A DNA stretch of 62,087 bases, counting the filler, from Basidiobolus ranarum (lineage: Eukaryota): NCBI GenBank assembly GCA_040143965.1. It is 25 parts of 25 records of this genome, joined end to end, with 100 filler letters (N's around TTAATTAATTAA, not from the genome) between each part and the next. Parts side by side here need not be neighbours in the genome. Positions count along the whole stretch, not along the records: positions 24,948 to 27,336 come from JASJQH010003392.1; positions 27,437 to 29,822 come from JASJQH010003393.1; positions 29,923 to 32,308 come from JASJQH010003394.1; positions 32,409 to 34,794 come from JASJQH010003395.1; positions 34,895 to 37,279 come from JASJQH010003396.1; positions 37,380 to 39,764 come from JASJQH010003397.1; 19 more parts are not named here. One strand, 5' to 3'. The notes beneath the pieces were generated by a model. It saw nothing but the letters and a program-made list of their open reading frames with translations, had not been told where the DNA came from and did not search any database. Shown here one piece after another: positions 25,584 to 37,949 of the stretch (its first letter is position 1; each line of letters opens with the position of its first letter). Made by a program: the position numbers and the translations under genes.

Positions 25584-25620
25584 ATATATATATATGTGTG
25601 TGTGTGAGTGTGTGTGTGTG
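25584..25620. repeat. Compound (AT)n(GT)n microsatellite
   Basis: Read directly from the sequence. Confidence 0.9.
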
Positions 25621-26191
25621 CACTCTTGCAATAAAAAAGCTGAGAAGCCATCTTATTCAGCTAAAAGAGCATCATTCACATTGTCACCGAAGAGTGAAAT
25701 AAGTCAGATAAGATACCTAAAAAGACCTCCAAATATTAGTCTTAATGTCTTCTATAAACTTACAGAAGGTAATATATATCATAAAAAGACATCTTATATT
25801 TCACTAGAAACCTGTTCTGTGTCAAATATAAGGTAGCTGATTAGAGGAATCAAGTGGTCTTGACGTATGAGCTAATACCAGTATTCAGTAAAGTACTGAA
25901 GATTCTAGTGAGGTTAACTTTAGAGTCTAATCTTTAAGCGATTCGAAATGAATATGATTTTAATAGAGTAAATTTAACGAAATGCCATATTTGTAATGAT
26001 AAAAGCCTAAAAATTCAAGTGATAGATGGGGGAGGGGTAATAATGACTCGAGTATGTATAAGAAATTTTAGATTGTATAGTAATAAACAAAAGTTCAAAT
26101 CAAATGACATGATGTTGATCCATTCTATACTTTACGGATACCATTTTATCTGTTAATAACAACATCAGTGACTGAGATGCAAGGAATTGGG

Positions 26192-27336
26192 TTAGAGTAG
26201 CAATGTGAAACAGCTAACAAACACTGCGGAGGTTAAAATGACCAACGAGGTAGACAGTGATACGGCACCCGAGTAATCAACAGTTGGACGGCCAGTTATT
26301 CCAGTGATTTTGCTGGTGACAGACACAATAGTAGGCTTTCCATCTATGGTGGTATAAGCTGTTACGACTACATCTTTAACAAGTTGTCCATCAGCCTGTG
26401 TAGACACAATAGAACCCGAGATACTATCAAATGGAGTAGAAGAGGCAACAGTAGGAGAAGGAGTTCTGGTGGGGGATCCGGTATTGGAGTTATCTACATT
26501 CATAAAGAATCATTAGTTTGGCACCTTTCAAGATATTCAAATTTTAGACGAAAAGGATAAAGAACTTACCAGTAGGGGATTCCACAGAACCACTACTGGT
26601 AGGGTGTGGGGTTAAAGAAGGGGAAGAAGTTGTGACAGATGGGTCAGGATTCACTGAGTTATCAATACTTGAAGATCTCTTTGATTCCTCAGAAGTAGTT
26701 GGGGGGCTAGTAAGGGGTGACTCTACAGAAGTAGTCGTGTCTATGGAGGAAGGAAAAAAAGTAGGACGGTCAGTGTTTGTTTCTATTGTAGTAGGTTCTA
26801 CAGGTGAAGGAGTGGGTAAATTTTGGGAAGAGCTGGGTGTTTCAGGGGATTTAGTGACTGTAGGTGAAGGGCTCGGTGTATCAGACGGTGTGGAAGTGAT
26901 GGATGAAGGGTTGGGAATATGAGAAGAAATATCCAGTGATTCAGAAGTATCTAAGTGTAGAACTCATAAAATCAGCAAAATTGATGAAATTCAGAGTGAT
27001 ACAAAATATCTACTTCTATGTTTTACGATTAAAAGTAAACGATAGATCGAAATATAGGGATAACACTAACAATATTCAAGGGAGTGGGATAGAAGTGTAA
27101 ATAAAGCAAAATAACTTACCAGTGGGCTGTTCTGGAGTAGGTGTTGGTTGTTCCGGAGTAGGGGTTGGTTGTTCTGGAGTAGTAGTTGGCTGCTCAGGAG
27201 TAGGGGTTGGTTGTTCGGGAGTAGTGGGTGGTTGATCGGGTGTAGGTGTTGGTTGATCAGGAGTAGTGGTTGGGTGTTCCGGAGTAGGATTTGGTTGATA
27301 TGGAGTATTGGTTGGGTGATAAAGGGATAGTGTGAG
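26192..27336 (-). CDS. GPI-anchored Ser/Thr/Pro-rich cell-surface protein, 5'-truncated; exons 27336-27120, 26950-26570, 26493-26192
   Basis: Two phase-1 GTAAGT..TAG introns with branch motifs keep one frame. About 9 copies of a 7-aa TPEQPT(P/T) repeat (21 nt). The C-terminus DYSGAVSLSTSLVILTSAVFVSCFTLLL* is a GPI-signal pattern. Confidence 0.82.
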
Positions 27337-27436
27337 NNNNNNNNNNNNNNNNNNNNNNNNNNNNNNNNNNNNNNNNNNNNTTAATTAATTAANNNNNNNN
27401 NNNNNNNNNNNNNNNNNNNNNNNNNNNNNNNNNNNN

Positions 27437-29049
27437 GTTTGCTGGTAAAGCATATTGATGTTGTTGAGTTATGTCTAATCAGTCAAGTATGTGCATATGT
27501 AGAGACTAAACACAACAAGATTCTTGTATTTTTTGATTCTCATTATGGCTGGAATACAAAGCCTAAAATATCTAAATAAAGGCATGCATATTAAATCAAA
27601 TTCCTACAGCAGTAAACCCAGTAATTTGCCATTCAAAAATTATATTTTTGCAAAAATTGCCAGATATTGAATAAGGCAAGCCAATTTGAGGATCAATATT
27701 TTAACATGTATGAATACCGTCAAAATACCATCAAGAAACTGGCGTCACACCATCAACATCCCTGGCAGAATGTAAGCTACCAATATTGTGATGGTTCTCT
27801 GATGGTTTTGCTTGTTTGGAGATTGGATCCATTCCAGATCAAATTGATTTTATTTTTGTTAGGGCAAATATTTTGTAATTGCATATGAAACACTTTGTTA
27901 CAGGTTTAAAGACAATAGACTGAATCTATGCTAGTATTCAATACATTCCCTGCTGCATCTTTCACAATGCTTGGAGATTATAGGCCTGTGCTATACATTC
28001 TGGGAGTTCCCAATGGAGTGCACCTGTGGTGAAATGATGCTCCATGTGAAATTGTCAGTAATACTATATGCCAATTTAATTAACAATGTATCAGCAAAAC
28101 AGCAATGGATGTAATGTGATGGGTTAAGGAGACTCCAGAGTATGGTAAACTTCCAACAATGGGCTCTTTTCAATGTGCTCATGGGTTTTTGCATGATTTG
28201 AGCACAATAAAAGCAACAAAACCCAATCCATGAATGCAGAGTGAGTACCTCCCTATAATTTGGACTAATTTGTGTGTGGGATAATCTGATGGTATTTCTA
28301 GGAAAGCTGCTGGATAGACTTCTTGGTGAGATATTTTAAAATATGCAGTATCCTTATTTTAGCCATAGGGTAATATATACAAGAAATGACACATCTACTT
28401 GTGGCAGTACATTTGTTGACTGGAAGTTGGGGATATTTTGACTAAATTCTTTATGGAAATTTGCTAAAATCCAAGAGCTTATTCTTGTTATGAATGTAAA
28501 CAAGAGTCAGCTATTTGTCAAGTGTTGGTGCTATTCAAAATTTCAGATGTTTAGCAATTTTTCCACCATTAGTTTGCTGGAAAAGCATATTAATGTTGTT
28601 GAGTTATATCTAATCAGTCAAGTATGTGCATATGTTGGGACTAAACAGAACAAGACTGTTGTATTTTTTGATTCTCATTATGGCTGGAATACAAAGCCTA
28701 AAATATCAAAATAAAGGCATGTATATTAATTCAAATTCCTACAGCAGCAAACCCAGTAATTTACCATTCAAAAGTTAGATTTATGTAAAAATACCTGGAA
28801 ATTAAATAACACATGTCAAATATGGGGATCAATATTTTAACAGGTATGAACACCATCAGGAAACTGCCATTACATGATCAAAATACCTGGCAGAATGCAA
28901 GCCACCAATATTGTGATGGTTCTTGGACTGCTTTGCAATCCAGGAGGGTGGTTCCAATCTGGATTATGTTGATTTTATTTTTGTTATGGACATTGTTTTA
29001 ACATTATGAAGGTTTTCTTATAATAACCAACTTTAAATTTCTGTTAGGT
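27437..29049 (+). mobile_element. Three nested CMC/EnSpm-like pieces
   Basis: Right ends at 27864 (TTGTTAGGG) and 28989, plus an inverted left-end remnant AAATTTCTGTTAGG ending about 29048. The transposase FWEFPMEC motif is at about 28000. Confidence 0.82.
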
Positions 29050-29822
29050 ATTTATATAGTCAAATACAACTCTGATGGCAACATAAAAAGGTACATGGCT
29101 GGACTAGTAGCCAAAAGCTATTCCTAATCACCAGGAATATATCATGTAGAAACCTTTGCTGCTGTAGCAAAACTTAATTCAATTAGATTGATTGTGGCAA
29201 TTTCAGCTGAATATCAGTTGCTCATGCATCAAATGAATGGTAAAACTGCTCTTTTGCATAGTGAGCATCCAAAGGAGATCTATATGGCTAAGAAAGATTA
29301 AAACCCTAGAAAATGAAAAAAAATTTGCAAGCTGCAGAAAACACCCCATAGTTTATAGCAATATCCCAGTGCTTGGAATAGCAAGATGGATACTTTTTTG
29401 GAAATGCCCAAATTCAAAAAGAGCAATGCTGACCAAAGTACCTACTGAATATTGGGAAAAGATGGGCTGTTTTGAGGAACTTTAGCAAAGTGGAGTTGTG
29501 AATAGCTTTGTGATATCATTATTTATTGTCCAGAAATAAAGCATTTATACATTTTGGTGGAAATACAGAAAACTAACACTGGGGTTGTGTTCAGAACATC
29601 TGAGAGAGTAAAATAAGCTATCTGTGGGGCAATTTGGACAAGTTTGAAACTTCCAATATGGTGTTGCTAATTCTCACATTATTCACATATATATAATATA
29701 TGTTCCAATTTTCTGCAAAGTGATATTTGACTAAGTAATGTTAACTAACTTGTATGTGATATATGAAATAGTTAGGTGTATAAAGATAAAGATAACAAAT
29801 ATGATAAAGACAATAAACTTCA
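29050..29822. mobile_element. Copia RT fragment (+) interrupted by a family-D LTR (29450..29822)
   Basis: KYNSDGNIKRY..LVAKSYS..ETFAAVAKLNSIR. The LTR is homologous to 46148..46522 and 44833..44960. Confidence 0.8.
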
Positions 29823-29922
29823 NNNNNNNNNNNNNNNNNNNNNNNNNNNNNNNNNNNNNNNNNNNNTTAATTAATTAANNNNNNNNNNNNNNNNNNNNNN
29901 NNNNNNNNNNNNNNNNNNNNNN

Positions 29923-30935
29923 TCAATACTTGCATACATTTTTGAGATCTTTCATGAATAGGCCTATACTAGCCCAATTGCCATTTGCTTGCAAAAACCC
30001 AGGATAAGCCACATGGAATAAGTCAAGAACCTTCAGAGTAACGCCTGGTTTTTGGTGTTTCCACAATTGACTCAAATGCAGGTGATTTTGGGCAAGATTT
30101 TGGGCAAGATTCTGCACAGTTTCCAAATGTTAAAATGCTCCTCATCAGAGCAAGTGATGGTAGCTCTGACATTCAAAGTCCTTTGGTTTGCCAGTTTCCC
30201 TATGAGATTTCTACATTAGTGTGCCAAAGCAATTTTGGGTTATTGTGTAGGCTTAATGGTCCAACACATATTCTTCTCTGCTAGATTGTCACAGTGACGT
30301 TTATATGTATGGTGTGGGATTGACTAAAATCCTGTATGAGAATGAACGGAGGGAGCAGCATGTTGCTGTAGCTCAAGAACAGCATTCTGAAGGTCTTGTA
30401 TCATTGTTGAGTAACTCTCTAACTGTTGACTAGTTGCTTCCAAATACTGCATTAACTGCAATATTGTGGCATTATTGCTTGTCATGGCCTGTATAGCAAC
30501 TTCATCATTTTTACTTATGATTGTATACAAATCATGATGGTGTTCTGCCTGCAATTTCCTTATTATAATAATTCTGTCTAAATTTTCTATGGAGGGTTGT
30601 TCAATAGTGGGCAAAGTAGCCATTTTGGAAGTTGATGGTCTTGAAAGTGTTTTGGTTGAACTTTGCTCAACTATTGATTTACTATGTAATTGGGGGATTA
30701 CAATCTCTTCACTTGCATTATTGCTGGAAAGGAACACATCTGGTAAGTTAATTAATGCTTTGTCATTACTTGAGTTAGTTTCAGGCATGTTAATGCCTTC
30801 CAAAATGGATAGTGGATTGCTAGACTGTTCATCAATTAAGTCACCTGTTCTTGCTGGTTTTTTTTCTTTCATGCCAGCAGGCTTTGGCTTGGAAGCTGAT
30901 TTTGACTTAGATTTTGAATGCTTTTTGAATGGCAT
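29923..30935 (-). pseudogene. CMC element ORF2 (accessory protein of unknown family), 5' part
   Basis: MPFKKHSKSKSKSASKPKP basic start and a coiled-coil-like segment. After stops it continues into HLHLSQLWKHQKPG..YPGFLQANGNWAS. Conserved in the copies at 5182-6930, 9030-9887 and 47992-48242. Confidence 0.75.
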
Positions 30936-31147
30936 TGAAATGTTTAAATGGTAAACTTGGTGTAATGAAATTGCTTAGAAACAGCTTTTGAAAACGCAAA
31001 ATTGCCATCCATTACCAAAAATATCTTGTAAATCCCCTGATGACTCATCTGTGACACCATCTCAGAATCAGCTGATGATATTGATGGGCTATACCAAAAA
31101 TACCACCCTTACATGGGAGGTGTTTTTTTTCCTACAATATCCTTCTC

Positions 31148-31995
31148 ATGCCACAACACAAACATTTAAAGAAGCCTTGCTATTATTGTTGCAAATTCTT
31201 GTGCTCTGAAAGCCGGAGGCTTGATAGAAAAAATAATCACAAGCATGGCCACTGTATAAAGCCACCAGCTGCACAAAGCCTGGTGTATAACAACAGTCAT
31301 AAGGGCACTAAATCAACTTTAGTTTTGCCTATTGAGTCCACTGACTGTAGTTTGCCTCAAAGTTTTGTTAACACTGCCAAAAGTCAAGATACTGTGGTGT
31401 TACCAGAGTTATATGACCAGAATGATGTAGGTCAAAATGCAACTTTGGTCAAACCAGTAAGTCCAGTCAACTTTGAGGACTTGCGCTAGATGTTGACCTT
31501 GGTTATTCCAGTACCAATGGTGGTATATCAGAAGTTGGAGAAGCAGACAGCAGTTTTGTTACAGACTCTTTGTTATCAGCAAACATTAGTCCACTCATAA
31601 CACTTACAGTAAAGGAAGCAGCTTTGATTAGTAAGGAGTGGTGAGTTTAATCCAATCTTAGCAACCAGGTGTTTATTGGTTTTCTTACACTTTTATCACA
31701 GTTGATTGGCAACTGTTGCTTGCCACAGACCTGGTACAATTGGAAAACACTTGTCAATTGTATGCCTTAAAATCCTTCAGTAATTAAACTGCCTTCATAT
31801 CCAAATGGTTGTTTGGCTTTCACTGGTGATCTGAAAAACCTGAAGTCATGTACTATTTGCACACCATTGGCAATCACTGAATCAGGTAAATATTGTTCAT
31901 ATTTGCCTTACATACTGTTGATTCCCCATCTTAAAGTTTTGACGAATTCACCCAAATATAGATCATTGATCCAATAGCAAAGTACTTACTGTAAA
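31148..31995 (+). pseudogene. CMC/EnSpm transposase, N-terminal part
   Basis: MPQHKHLKKPCYYCCKFLC..HKHGHC, then PNGCLAFTGDLKNLKSCTIC..LIPHL, the Cys cluster that precedes Transposase_21/tnp2 domains. Frameshift near 31486. Confidence 0.8.
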
Positions 31996-32308
31996 CCCTA
32001 ACAAAATAAAATCAATTTGATCCGGATCGGATCCACCCTCCGAAATAGCAAAACCATCAGAGAACCGTCACAATATTGTCGGCTTGCATTCTGCCAGGGA
32101 TTTTGATGAGGTGACGGTGGTTTCTTGACAGTATCTTGGCGGAATTCATATATGTTAAAATATTGATCCTCAAATTTGGCATGCGTTATTCAACATGCAG
32201 CAATTTTTGCAAAAATATAATTTTCGAATGGCAAATTACTGGGTTTACTGCTGTAGGAATTTGAATTAATATGCATGCCTTTATTTAGATATTTTAGGCT
32301 TTGTATTC
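31996..32308 (-). mobile_element. Young-looking CMC right end inserted into the transposase
   Basis: Starts CCCTAACAAAATAAAATC and keeps many CpGs that other copies have lost. Confidence 0.85.
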
Positions 32309-32408
32309 NNNNNNNNNNNNNNNNNNNNNNNNNNNNNNNNNNNNNNNNNNNNTTAATTAATTAANNNNNNNNNNNNNNNNNNNNNNNNNNNNNNNNNNNN
32401 NNNNNNNN

Positions 32409-32815
32409 TGTTGTTGGGTTATGTCTGATCAGTCAAGTATGTGCATATGTAGAGACTAAACACAATGAGATTCTTGTATTTTTTTATTCTCATTATGGCT
32501 GGAATAAAAAGCCTAAAATATCTAAATAAAGGCATGAAGATTAATTCAAATTCCTACAGCATTAATGCTAGTAATTTACTATATCAAAATTAGATTTTTG
32601 CAAAAATTGCCGGAAATTAAATAACACATGCCAAATATGAGGATTAATATTTTAACCAGTATGAATACCATCAAAATACCATTAAGAAGCTGCCATTGTA
32701 ACATCAAGAACTCTGGCAAAATGCAAGCCACCTATATTGTAATGCTTCTCTGATGATTTTGCAATTTAGAAGGGTGGATCCAGTCCGGATCAGATCAATA
32801 ATATTTTTGTTAAGG
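32409..32815 (+). mobile_element. CMC right end
   Basis: Homologous to 27460..27864; ends TTTTTGTTAAGG. Confidence 0.85.
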
Positions 32816-33056
32816 ACTATCCAGTTTATGAAAAGAAAATTCTTGCCATTATCCTTTAGATTTGTTCCATTGGATTGAGCCTGATCAGGCCAACTAAAAA
32901 TTGTGCCAGCACAAATTGGCATGCTTGGGCACTATCAACTACAATGTTTTTTACCATTTCAGAAAGAGTAGTTTTACTTCTGTTGTATTTTTAGGAAAAG
33001 TGCTTTTGGCCATTGTTGCACATTCAAAAGATGATGAACACCTTATAAAGAGTGTC

Positions 33057-33677
33057 TTAAGTCTTAGGCCTCAATGGATGATTTTGAGCATGAATGTATT
33101 GAGAATTAATCAAGATTTTGACTACTATGCCTAACTTTGATTGAGGCCCACAAAATGCTTTTCCTCCATACTTTCCTGCCACAATACTCTGCCTCTTTAG
33201 GAAACCATAGCTTTGCTCTTCTCATGCTCCAAAATGTGAAAAAATGTCATTATAGAGCTTTTGCCTCTCTGTGAGTATCTCTACTCTGGGCTGCTTGTTG
33301 GCTGTAACACATCCTAGCCTTCTGCATTGTTCCCCAACATATGCCTAATCAGCCATAGTCTTCTCATAGCTTACAAATGATGCATGCCTCTCAACCCAAA
33401 GCCCTTAGTCATGGTGTCACCCTGGATGTGAGCCACTGAACCAAGTGATGTTTCTTTTCAAATCTGTCAAAGCCTGAAGCTTTAAATAGTGAGCTTTGTA
33501 CTTGCCGGAATACAATAGCTTTTGGTTGCATTTGAGTCTGTTCATTCTCACAGAAACTGTGTCAAGAATATTTCCAACATGGACTATGCTTCCCTGTTTT
33601 TGGATGCATAGCCCACTAACAGTGTTCAGGAAATTTGGTGGTGTTTTGGAGCAGGTGTGTAGTTGTGAATCAGGCAC
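33057..33677 (-). pseudogene. IS5-like (PIF/Harbinger or ISL2EU; DDE_Tnp_4-type) transposase relic
   Basis: One frame with four internal stops: ILDTVSV..LYSGKYKAHYLKLQ..SGSHPG*HHD..MAD*AYVG..YNDIFSHFGA*EEQSYGFLK. A second copy of its 3' end lies at about 55870..56200. Confidence 0.75.
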
Positions 33678-33978
33678 TTGAGATTGTAGGAATTCATTAT
33701 ATCCTCTTTACAGGCTACTGTAAATTTGGATGATTTGATGAGTCTAAATCATGACCAACATACCTATTAGCATGGGCAAATATTTGAAGTTATTTGGAGA
33801 AGATTACAGAAGTTAGTTAACATTGATAACATTAATCTAATCAAGAAGGGAAATCATTCAAAAACTCACATTAACAGTATCCCAGCAACAGCAGACACAA
33901 CATCAAAAAGCCAGTGGGAAGCTCCAATGAATGCAATATACTTTTGGCATCTGTGATTTGTATTGAACCTGTACAATG

Positions 33979-34794
33979 CCCTAACAGAAATTTGAGGATT
34001 GTTACTATACACAAACTGTCACAATTTTAATCCATTGGGGATTGACTGTTTACTTACCATCATAAAATCCTAAGTTAGATTTGATTTTAATCAATTTTTT
34101 CAGTTTCAGGAGTGAAATTTCAACATCTTGCAAAATAGTTGCACATAGATTGGCTACAATTTCAGAGAGCTATGGATCAACACATGTGCAAAAAATGTAA
34201 CTCAAATTTTACATAATTACCACTTAAATGCTAATTTGTCAACTTTGAAATCCCTAGTCTCTTTGATATATTGTCCGGAATATTTCTACAGAATTCTTCT
34301 TACCCAAGGTTTAGCTCATACCCAACACAAGTTTGTATCAATATCTCCATCAAAGTCCACTATTATATTAACATTGCTGAATCAACATTCTTCCAGCTAT
34401 CTGGTGGATACTCTGCAATATTGTGCCAGTGTGTATTAAGTTTTTCCCAGATATTGGCATGGTCAACACCAGACTGAATATCAAGTTGAATGTTCTGCTT
34501 CTGAAGCCACTTTCTGCATACTTGCACTGTGTTTATCCCTTCATACTTTTGAAAATACCCCTCAAGCACTTTGACTATTTTGTATGTCTATATAGGGTGA
34601 CACTACTGAGGGTACTCTGCAGTGTTTGTGCAGCTTTTTGCTTACCTTTACCTTTGGGGCTAATTTCAACACTTTGAAAAGTACCAGTAGAGGTTGTAGT
34701 GCCGTGAGTTTTATTTGCAGGTGTTTTGGCTTGTTGAGAGGTGCCAGGTGTTGGATAAACTTCCAAATTTAGCACCCTTTGAACTGCTGAGTCT
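33979..34794 (+). mobile_element. CMC left end
   Basis: Starts CCCTAACAGAAATTTGAGG; ORF2 3' pieces lie on the minus strand. Confidence 0.85.
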
Positions 34795-34894
34795 NNNNNN
34801 NNNNNNNNNNNNNNNNNNNNNNNNNNNNNNNNNNNNNNTTAATTAATTAANNNNNNNNNNNNNNNNNNNNNNNNNNNNNNNNNNNNNNNNNNNN

Positions 34895-37279
34895 AGTATA
34901 TGGTGACTTATATAGTAGAGAAGTAAATCAATTGTTTGAGATATTCAGGAGTTTGTGTAATAAGATATAATAGATAAGTGGGGGTAATAAGACATACTTG
35001 TTATACAGATATAGAGATATTCCTATTTAGAATATAGGGGCTATAGATACGTTGCTTTCTGTTTCTGATATATGTATCATAACTAAAGTTAACTACGACG
35101 TTGAATAAAGATTAATTATCCAACAAATTTCCAGCAATTTTTGCAAAAATCTAATATTCAAATGGCAATTTACTGTGTTTGCTACTGTAGGAATTCCAAT
35201 CAATAGGCATCCCTTTATTTAGATATTTTAGGCTTTGTATTCCAGTCAAAAATGGAATCAAAAAATACAAGAATCTTGTTGTGTTTAGTCTCTACATATG
35301 CACATATGTGACTGATCAGACATAACTGAACAACATCAATATGCTTTACCAGCAAACTAATGATGGAAAAATTGCTAAACATCTGAAATTTTGAATAGCA
35401 CTGACACTAGGCAAATAGCTGACTCTTGTTACCATTCACAATAAGAATAAGGTCTTGGATTTGGGCAAATTTCCATAAAGAATTCAGCCATAATATCCCC
35501 AACTTGCAGTCAACAAATGTCCTGCTACAAGTTGATGTGTCATGGCTTGAATAGATTACCCCATGGCTAAAACAATAATACTGGGTATCTTGATCTATCT
35601 TACCAAGAAGTCTGTCTTGCAGCTTTCCTAGAAACACCATCAGATTATCACACAAACAGATTGGTCCAAATTATGGAGGTTCTTAATATTTGTCAATGGA
35701 TTGGGCTTTGTTGCTGTTTTTGTGTCCAAGCAAAAAGTGGGTAAAAAGTCTTGAATTTTACTGAACCAAAGAAGCAGTTAAGTGCAGAATCTTCGAACTG
35801 TTTAAGCAGGATACATCAGCAGAGCAGATCTAACTAATATAAGTCTTGGGAATAGCAGTGGGTTGCTATGTTATTAGCTTTATTTATACTTTTTGATAGC
35901 AAAGTGAATTAGTCAGCACCAAGATATTAGATGACTAATTCTGATATAAGAAAATGTGATTGGATAGATAGATAGATATATGAGTGAGTCATGCATCAGC
36001 TGAAGTCTTGGCAGTGAAAGAGCATTGTTTATGAATCTTGTGACTCAGATTGACTTGTGTCCAGATAGATGACTCAGAGGTTAATACTGATTGGATAATG
36101 ATCATATGATTGGTCATATGATCTGATAGAAGGGATAAGAGAGTATACAGATAGTCATGTTATAGGTCACATGGTAGGATCATTGGATAAGGTCAGGTGA
36201 CTAGTTAGTGATAAAGATAAACTAAATAGGTATTGATGCAAGTTGTATAGATATGGCATAAGTTGAACAACTTTTTATGTTGATGCACAACAGCTGTTAT
36301 TATGCTCAAACAATGCAAAAACCCATGAGCACATTGAAAATAGCCCTTTGTTGGAAGGTTAATATACTCTTGAGTCTTCTTAACCCATTGCATTACATCC
36401 ATCACTGATTTTACTGATACATTGTTAATCAGATTAGCATATGGTAATACTGACAATTTCACATGAAGCATCATTTTGCTGCACCCTAACAAAAATGAAA
36501 TCAATTTGATCTGGATTGGAACCACCCTTCTGACTTGCAAAACCATCAGGGAACCATCATATTATTGGTGGCTTGCATACTGCCAGGGATCTTGATGGTG
36601 AGAGGGTGGCTTCTTGATGTTATCCTGATGGTATTCATACATGATAAAATATCAATCCTTAGATTTGGCATGGGTTGCTTAATTTCTGGCAATTTTTGCA
36701 AAAATCTAATTTTCAAATGGAAAATTACTGGGTTTACTGCTGTAGGAATTTGAATTAAGATGCCTGCCTTTATTAAGATATTTTAGGCTTTGTATTCCAG
36801 CCATCATGAGAATCAAAAAATACAAGAATCTTGTAGTGTTTAGTCTTTACATATGCACATACTTGACTGATCATATATAACTCAACAACATTAATATGCT
36901 TTACCAGCAAACTAATGGCAGAAAAATAGCTAAACTTGTCAATTTTTGAATAGCACTGACACTTGGCAAATAACTGACTCTTGTTACCATTCACAATGAG
37001 AATATGCTCTTGGATTTTGGCAAATTTCCATAAAGAATTCAGCCAAAATATCCCTGCCTTGCAGTAAACATATGTCCTGCCACAAGTAGATGTGTCATTA
37101 CTTCAATAGATTACCCCATGGCTAAAATAATAATACTGGGTATCTTGATCTATCTGTTGGATAATTAATCTTTATTCAACATCATAGTTAACATTAGATA
37201 TGGTACATATATCAGAGGCAGAAAGCAATGTATATATAGTCCCTATATTCTAAATAGAAATATCTCTATATCTTTATAA
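34895..37279. mobile_element. Mosaic: family-C LTRs at both ends, three minus-strand CMC pieces (right terminus at 36484) and an unclassified LTR-like insert (about 35720..36280)
   Basis: Homology to other copies in the window; CCCTAACAAAAATG at 36484. Confidence 0.78.
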
Positions 37280-37522
37280 NNNNNNNNNNNNNNNNNNNNN
37301 NNNNNNNNNNNNNNNNNNNNNNNTTAATTAATTAANNNNNNNNNNNNNNNNNNNNNNNNNNNNNNNNNNNNNNNNNNNNCTTTTCTGCTTTGCAACATTC
37401 ATACAAATACTCCAGATCTCCATACATTAGTTAAGAAACTACAAAAGTAGTTATGGCTTCTTTGTTTTGTTTGAAATAAAGATTTCACCTGTTGGCGACT
37501 GTCTCCCGCCTAGCCCATTGTC

Positions 37523-37912
37523 TCAACTATTACAAGCATTATAAGGGCCACCTCCTTCACCGCCGTTATCAGTGCCATTATCTCCTCTGTTGCCAGAACA
37601 ATCACTACCACTGTTTCCAGAATTATAAGTGCTAGCTCCATTATTGCCGTTACCATTGCAATTATCTCCTTCATTACTAAAGCCCCTGTTACTGTCACCG
37701 TTTCCATTACTACTATTACCAGTATCATATCCATCAGCTCCCGTGCTGCCATTTCCATTGCGATTGTCTCCTCCAACTCCAACCGCAGTCTTACCCTGGA
37801 GAGTATGCTCAAATTGGAAGAAGGTCCGCCAGCTCTCAGAGGCATGGTAATTTTGGTAGCACAGGGTGCTCCTAGTTATCGTTGTAGTGCCAGCATACCA
37901 ATAAATGAACAT
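37523..37912 (-). CDS. Gly/Asn-rich low-complexity ORF, possibly a gene fragment or pseudogene
   Basis: GDNRNGNGSTGADG..NGNGNNG..GDNGTDNGGEGGG shows codon-phase periodicity. No signal peptide or clear start. Confidence 0.35.
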   Translation of the reverse strand: MFIYWYAGTTTITRSTLCYQNYHASESWRTFFQFEHTLQGKTAVGVGGDNRNGNGSTGADGYDTGNSSNGNGDSNRGFSNEGDNCNGNGNNGASTYNSGNSGSDCSGNRGDNGTDNGGEGGGPYNACNS

Positions 37913-37949
37913 TATTTAAGTAATAAGAGAAGTTCTGGGAAAAGGTTCC

